Shown here: positions 58,581 to 64,000 of the stretch, piece after piece
How the letters are laid out: every line of letters starts with the position of its first letter
Numbering within the stretch: position 1 is the first letter of the stretch
DNA from: Azolla caroliniana
Taxonomy: Eukaryota > Plantae > Polypodiophyta
Length of the DNA: 64,000 bases
Assembly: GCA_043228905.1 (NCBI GenBank)
Contig: JBHGNT010000003.1
Coordinates: forward strand, 7,812,001-7,876,000
Direction of reading: 5' to 3'
Program-made: the position numbers and the translations under genes
Notes under the pieces: generated by a model
Told to the model about the DNA's origin: nothing
Database searches by the model: none
The model's input: the letters and a program-made list of their open reading frames with translations, nothing else

Positions 58581-61500
58581 TAAGAATAAGAATAAGAAGG
58601 GTATTACAGTTATTTGATTAACATCCACGGTGAATCGAAGAACATAGATGGAGAAAAAGAAGAAATAAGTAGATGGACAAATAAAAGAGACAGACACGAC
58701 ACTCCTATCAATTATATTCCACAGTTTGTAATCAATACATTACAATTGTAATTAATGTGAGAGAGAGACTCACCACACATTATAATACAACTTGGGATCA
58801 AAATATCCCCACATACTAAAGTAAAAGCCAACCAACGTCTTGAGGGAACAATACATATGTCTTATGCTTAGTATGTAGTGTCGAAAATAGAATCATAAAA
58901 AATAATGGTATCATCACGTACAATTTGATTCTACCGTTCTAGCTTTAGGGAAACATCCATGTACTTTGGGTTTTGGCACTATTAATCAAGTAAAATCGTC
59001 CTCTATTTTCTCAAGTGCAAATTTCTTATATATGATTTACTCTTTCATTTGACAATGTCTTAGTTGCTTGACATACAAGTTTGCAAAATACAAAATAAAT
59101 GTATGCCTATTGAAAATCTATAGATGCACAAACAATGTAAAACTATCGTTAGTGTACCCACAATTCAAAGGGTTTTAAGCTCGTCCAACAAGGAGAACGT
59201 TCCATGTTCTAAAGGCATTATTGCTCATTGTCATATCAAATGTCTTCTATTGTGAATGTCCTTTTTGTTTGTTTATGTGTAATTTATGGATGGTTTTTAG
59301 ATGCATGTCGCATAACTAATTGGCATGCCAAGGATGCTAGGGGGTTTCTATTTCTCGAATCTCTACTAGCCAAATTTTATTTTAACTTGTGATTCTGATT
59401 ATTGTAGATTATTAATGTCAATGTCGTAAGTTTGTTTCCATATAAACATGATGTATATCATACACATGCATAAACGTTGTTGTACAATATACAATAGTGT
59501 TGGATCATTTTTCTAGTATGTACATATGTCTAGGATCCCAATGCATTTTTACAAAAAAAATAACAATAAGAGAGTGCCATATAATAGTGTATGCTACCAT
59601 GCAAAGAAAGCATTCGTTTGTGGATAGTCTTAAAAGATTGGAGGAAAGATATGTACCACCAACAATCCATTCGAATCCATCTACAATGACAAGAGATTGG
59701 CCAACTACAATAACCATTAGATGACAATGACATCCCAAAGAAAACAACAAGCAATGCTTTACAAGGACCGATAGTAGTAGTGATACCAATTTGAAACGTT
59801 CAATAGAGAAGTAAAGTTGGGAAAGAGTTCGAGCGTGTCTTGAATTTATAAAAGCAACCAAATTTACCTCTATCTGACTTGTTGTATTAGGACTAACTTA
59901 AAGGCTCTTTTTACATTATTTGAGGGGTCAATCTAGTAGGCGACCAACCTATGGAGTACATCATAACATTAAAGCCTAGTGTAGTACATCGTCGTAGCAT
60001 CAACATCTTAAAATGAGAGATATTGTGGTGAGATCCTACTTATTCTATGAAAACCTTCATTTGTAGCTCATCTATTTATCCCATGGCCCATGAGGATGTC
60101 ATTACTCTCTTATATCTATATTCCTCCCTTTGTTCCCACTGTTGTCATTTGGAAAAATCGTATTTTGTTTCCCATGGATGACAATGTTCTTTGTGTGTGC
60201 CTCTCTCTCTCTCTCTCTCTCTAAAAGTTATGTGTGCACATTCTAATTTGTTTTCCACTCTCATACACCAGACACCCCAGTTACTTCATCACATACATCA
60301 AATTTTTATTTCGCATGGATGAACTTTTGTGTTTGTGTGAATCTTTCTCTAAAATTTAAGCAGATACATTCTTATTTATTTACACTAGTCACATGCATTC
60401 CCTCTACTCCTAATGACATAACCTCATCTACCGTATTTGGTTTCCCATGGATGCTAGTAAATACACCCACACCCACACCCACTCCATGCTTTTTGATGAT
60501 GGTCTCCTAGGAAAGCATACACATGGCAAATTGCATTGTCAATAAACTATTGAACATATAAGATGGATGATGGAAGCTCTAGAAAACAATAGGGCAATAT
60601 GTTGGTGTTGGGATTGTTATGTTGCCCATGTCTATCCAAATCCATAGTGTTGGCGTTGAGGGCTTAGTCGAGACCTTAAAATCAAGATCTCATAATATTT
60701 ATTACTTATTAGAACCTTCACTTGCTCCAATAAACAATATTTCTAAATCAACTCTCACTTCAACTTTTGCAAATACGATTCAACTCCATATTTACCGCCA
60801 AACATGAAACCCTTGTGCAAATATCAATTAGGATACAATCCCCAAAAACTAAAAAGAGAAAACAACTTCCATATCTGATTTTAGGTCAATTTTGTGTAAA
60901 TTGTGCAAATGCCTTTTCTCTTGGTGTCACGTAACAAAGTAACAAAAGATGCCAAGTTGAAGAAATCTAATTCTAAATATTATGTGCAATTAGGTACTTT
61001 AACGAATGTTGAGGATCTCTAAAATAAACCATGCAATTGTTTTTTTTGCCTATTGCCTGTCCACACCTATTTAGAATTGATCCTAAAGGTTGAAATCCCA
61101 ACCACCATACAAAGTATGTTGTAAGATCTTCCAACATCCAATATCATACTTATGTGCCAATCTTGTTGAAACTTAGAAGATAATCTTTGAAGCAACTTCA
61201 CATAACAATTTAAAAATATATTAGTACACTAGCCAAAAGTGAGTTTTACCTTGTTGCTGTGAAGCTATCACACTATTCCCGTTCATGTGCTTATGAAATT
61301 TGTGGAAACATGATGGTCTTGAACCATGAGAGAATTACTTGCAATGTTTGTTCCTTAGAGTTGCAACATATAGTGATGTGTATGAGTATACACGTGTATT
61401 TTTGTGTATACAAGTGTGTATAATCATGTATGACATGCATGCTTCTATGTGTAGACATAAATATAAATGTATATGTATGTGTATTGTGTGTAGTAGTTGT

Positions 61501-61754
61501 GTATAATGGTGATTGATTATGTATGTGAGCATGTGCACAATCTTAGATATGGGTTTTTAAGTAGTGTGTTTACATGTGAAAATGAATGTATGCAACATGT
61601 ATAAGGTAAATGACTGTATGTGTGTGTAAGCTTACGTATTTTTGCGTGAAAGGTTACATGAATATACGTGCGAGAGCAAATGTATGAATTTTCTTGAATG
61701 TGCATGTGTTTGATGTGTGAATGCTAGTGTGTTTGTGTTTTAGTACACTCTTGG

Positions 61755-62289
61755 TGTTGGGAAAACAGGTCCCTCCGGATGGGAAGAATACGAGCCGAAT
61801 CAAATAGAGAGTCGACATGAAATTCGGCTGAGGCCGAAAAATGGAAATCGATTATATAACCGATTCAAGAGACTATATTTGTAAATAGTCTAAATGTGCC
61901 CCATGTGGGCTATATCTCTAAATAGCCAGAAAGTTGTATTAGTATAAATACAACTAGGGCAAACTATGTAGAAATGGTCATTGTATAAAAGTTGTAGTTG
62001 GTTGTTGCCACTATAACTAGACAGGAGAGAGAGAGAGTGTGTGTGTGTAACACTGTAGCTGTCAGTTGACGAAGAAGAGTTCAAGGTTGTTGCCTTGAAT
62101 CCTCTTGTTGTACTCCTCCCCTTATAGTGATTCAGTTTGGAGTTTGTGGACTCCACGTGGTTTTTCCACGTTAAAAATACTCGTGTCTCTTTGAGTTTCC
62201 GTTTTTGTTGTCAGTCTGTGTACTGTTTTTCGATCTTGGCACCCCCCATACGAACGTGACAACAAGTTGTGCTCGGTTGATTCTCAATA
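61755..62289 (+). mobile_element. Old solo LTR related to the Copia-1/2 family
   Basis: Starts tgttgggaaaacaggtccctccggatggga, versus tgttgggattacggtccctccggatggga in Copia-1. Shares gtataaata..tagggcaaac and gtggtttttccacgttaaa. Ends ttctcaata with TSD CTTGG/CTAGG (one mismatch). Confidence 0.75.
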
Positions 62290-62807
62290 CTAGGAAATAA
62301 GGAGGGGTGTAGACTTTAGACTTTACAACAAGATGGGCGGCGTGCATGCAACATGTATGCAATGTGAATGCGTGCAAATGTGTGTGGAGTGCAATGTTAA
62401 GTTGGAAGGATTTTAGGAAATATGAAGGGGGTATACGTGTGTGTGCATGTGCGTGTGTGTATTTGTTTTTAGGACATTAGGAAATGTGGGAGGGTGTGGC
62501 TAGGATCGGGTATGAGGATTTAGGTTTAGAAAAGGCCAATGAGAATGCATGCCAATTGATGAAGGAATTCAGGTTCGAGGTGACTCCCTCTATCGATACC
62601 TTGCTTTGGTGACCCAAACCACTTTGTTAGTGACAACTTGCCATGCTCAAAGTAGACCATTTTGGTGATGGCCTACAACACACATTTCTTTGTGTTGTTG
62701 GTCCCTGGCCTTCTAAGTATGAAGCAAGTCGTCTTTTCGATGGCCTACTACATTTTCATCGTGGGTTGCGTGAAGCAAGCTTCATGGCTAGCCCATTTCT
62801 AGCAATG

Positions 62808-63075
62808 GAAAACATTTTTTCACATGTAATCCCCCACAAGTAGGTTTCAAATATAATCTTCACGCGCTCATTTGTAGACCTCCCTTGTAGAAGCTTTGAT
62901 CACTTGCTCTTCGCATTTAGCCCTAACACTAACATTAATGAAAACACATATCTTCACATGTAGCCCCCCACATGCAGGTTTCAAATATAATCTGCATGTG
63001 CTCCTCATTTGTAGACCTCCCTCGTAGAAGTTTCGATCACGTGTTCTTAGCATTTAGACCCAACACTAGCATTAA
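62808..63075. repeat. Diverged tandem duplication, 2 x ~133 bp
   Basis: aggtttcaaatataatct..ctcatttgtagacctccc..aacacta.cattaa occurs twice. Confidence 0.8.
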
Positions 63076-64000
63076 CTTTGTCAACCTAACCCTAAAATCA
63101 CCAATAGACAATAAGAATAGACCCAAAACCCTAAGTGAGAAGTCATGACTCTACGAACTCAAGCTAAAAGAACTTAAGAAGAGAGAACCCCCAAAAATTA
63201 TCATAGGCCCTCTCGTATAGTGGCTTGATGTTTTCCCCGTTTCTCTCAACTTAGAATTCTCTAATTCTACCATGCATGACATTTGGTTTGATGTATCTAG
63301 TACTTTTGGATCATGGCGTCTGAAAATAACTTCCACTCTTTTTGGTCCAAGTGGATTCAAACCTACGAACCATGTTTTGAATAGAAGGAAAAAGATTAAT
63401 ATGAAGCACTAGTTAAATTCATCAAAGTAAGTGTAATACAAACCTATACTTGCCATTTCTAACCGTTCTTGACAAACACAACTCCTATGACTTTTTCTGA
63501 CTTGATCACGTAATGACATCCACCCTTGCCAAACTTGTGCATTGCTTGGTATGTGCCAACAAGTAGATGTGTGTTGCTCTCAACATCCTTCTCATGTGCC
63601 TCTTCCTCTTTTAACTATGTTGTTAGGTGCCGTTTGTGTTAACTTTTGAAGATCTTAATTCTCTATCTTGTGATGGCCATTGCCAACACCACTCAATCGA
63701 GCTCAACCAAGTTGTATGCAACATTGTCACTTACCTTTATCCCCACATAAGGTCCAAAACATTGCTTTGCTTTATCCCCACATCCTCACTAGTCTCATCA
63801 TGGACTTAATTGTAGTAATATTCCCACTATCCACTACTAGTTGAATTTGGCCATACCATGAGTAGAGATCATCAATCCAATAAATTGATCTTCATGTGAA
63901 AACTTTGGTGAACTTCGCAACACTGAATCCGATCCCAACATTGTTACTTTGTTCATGGGTTGAGGGCTTTGGATGAAACTTAATGACCTTTTCTTCTTTG

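Noticed and set aside
56400-64000. Genes or DNA-transposon remnants in the AT-rich distal region (also 1-1500)
   Set aside because: Short ORFs lack recognisable domains or splice-consistent structure, and I found no TIR/TSD pair by eye.

Overview
Land-plant nuclear DNA, about 60% LTR-retrotransposon. A non-seed plant such as a fern is my inference from the Tcn1-like chromovirus, the TE-filled intron and the GA/TG microsatellites. Two intact minus-strand genes are present. One is a 4-exon p24-delta (EMP24/GOLD) cargo receptor (19111-2584) whose 15.4-kb first intron holds two full-length Copia elements, a solo LTR and an older Copia remnant. The other is an 8-exon GT106/O-fucosyltransferase-family RRT-like rhamnosyltransferase (53958-49533). 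Two identical tRNA-Gly(GCC) genes form a perfect 95-bp inverted repeat at 1548-1783. A decayed plastid ndhA fragment lies at about 19565-19730. Between the genes is a 26-kb, three-level nest (20271-46611) in which every junction has a recognisable target-site duplication (TSD). Gypsy A contains solo LTR E, chromovirus D and Copia B. D appears self-priming and has heat-shock elements. Copia B contains an intact young Copia and Gypsy C. The most unusual structure is B+C. B lacks RT/RNase H and C lacks integrase. C sits, in the same orientation, just downstream of B's RT deletion, inside an orphan 170-bp piece of a related Gypsy. C's LTRs are about four times more diverged than those of its host B. 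All divergence counts were made by eye and need confirming by alignment.
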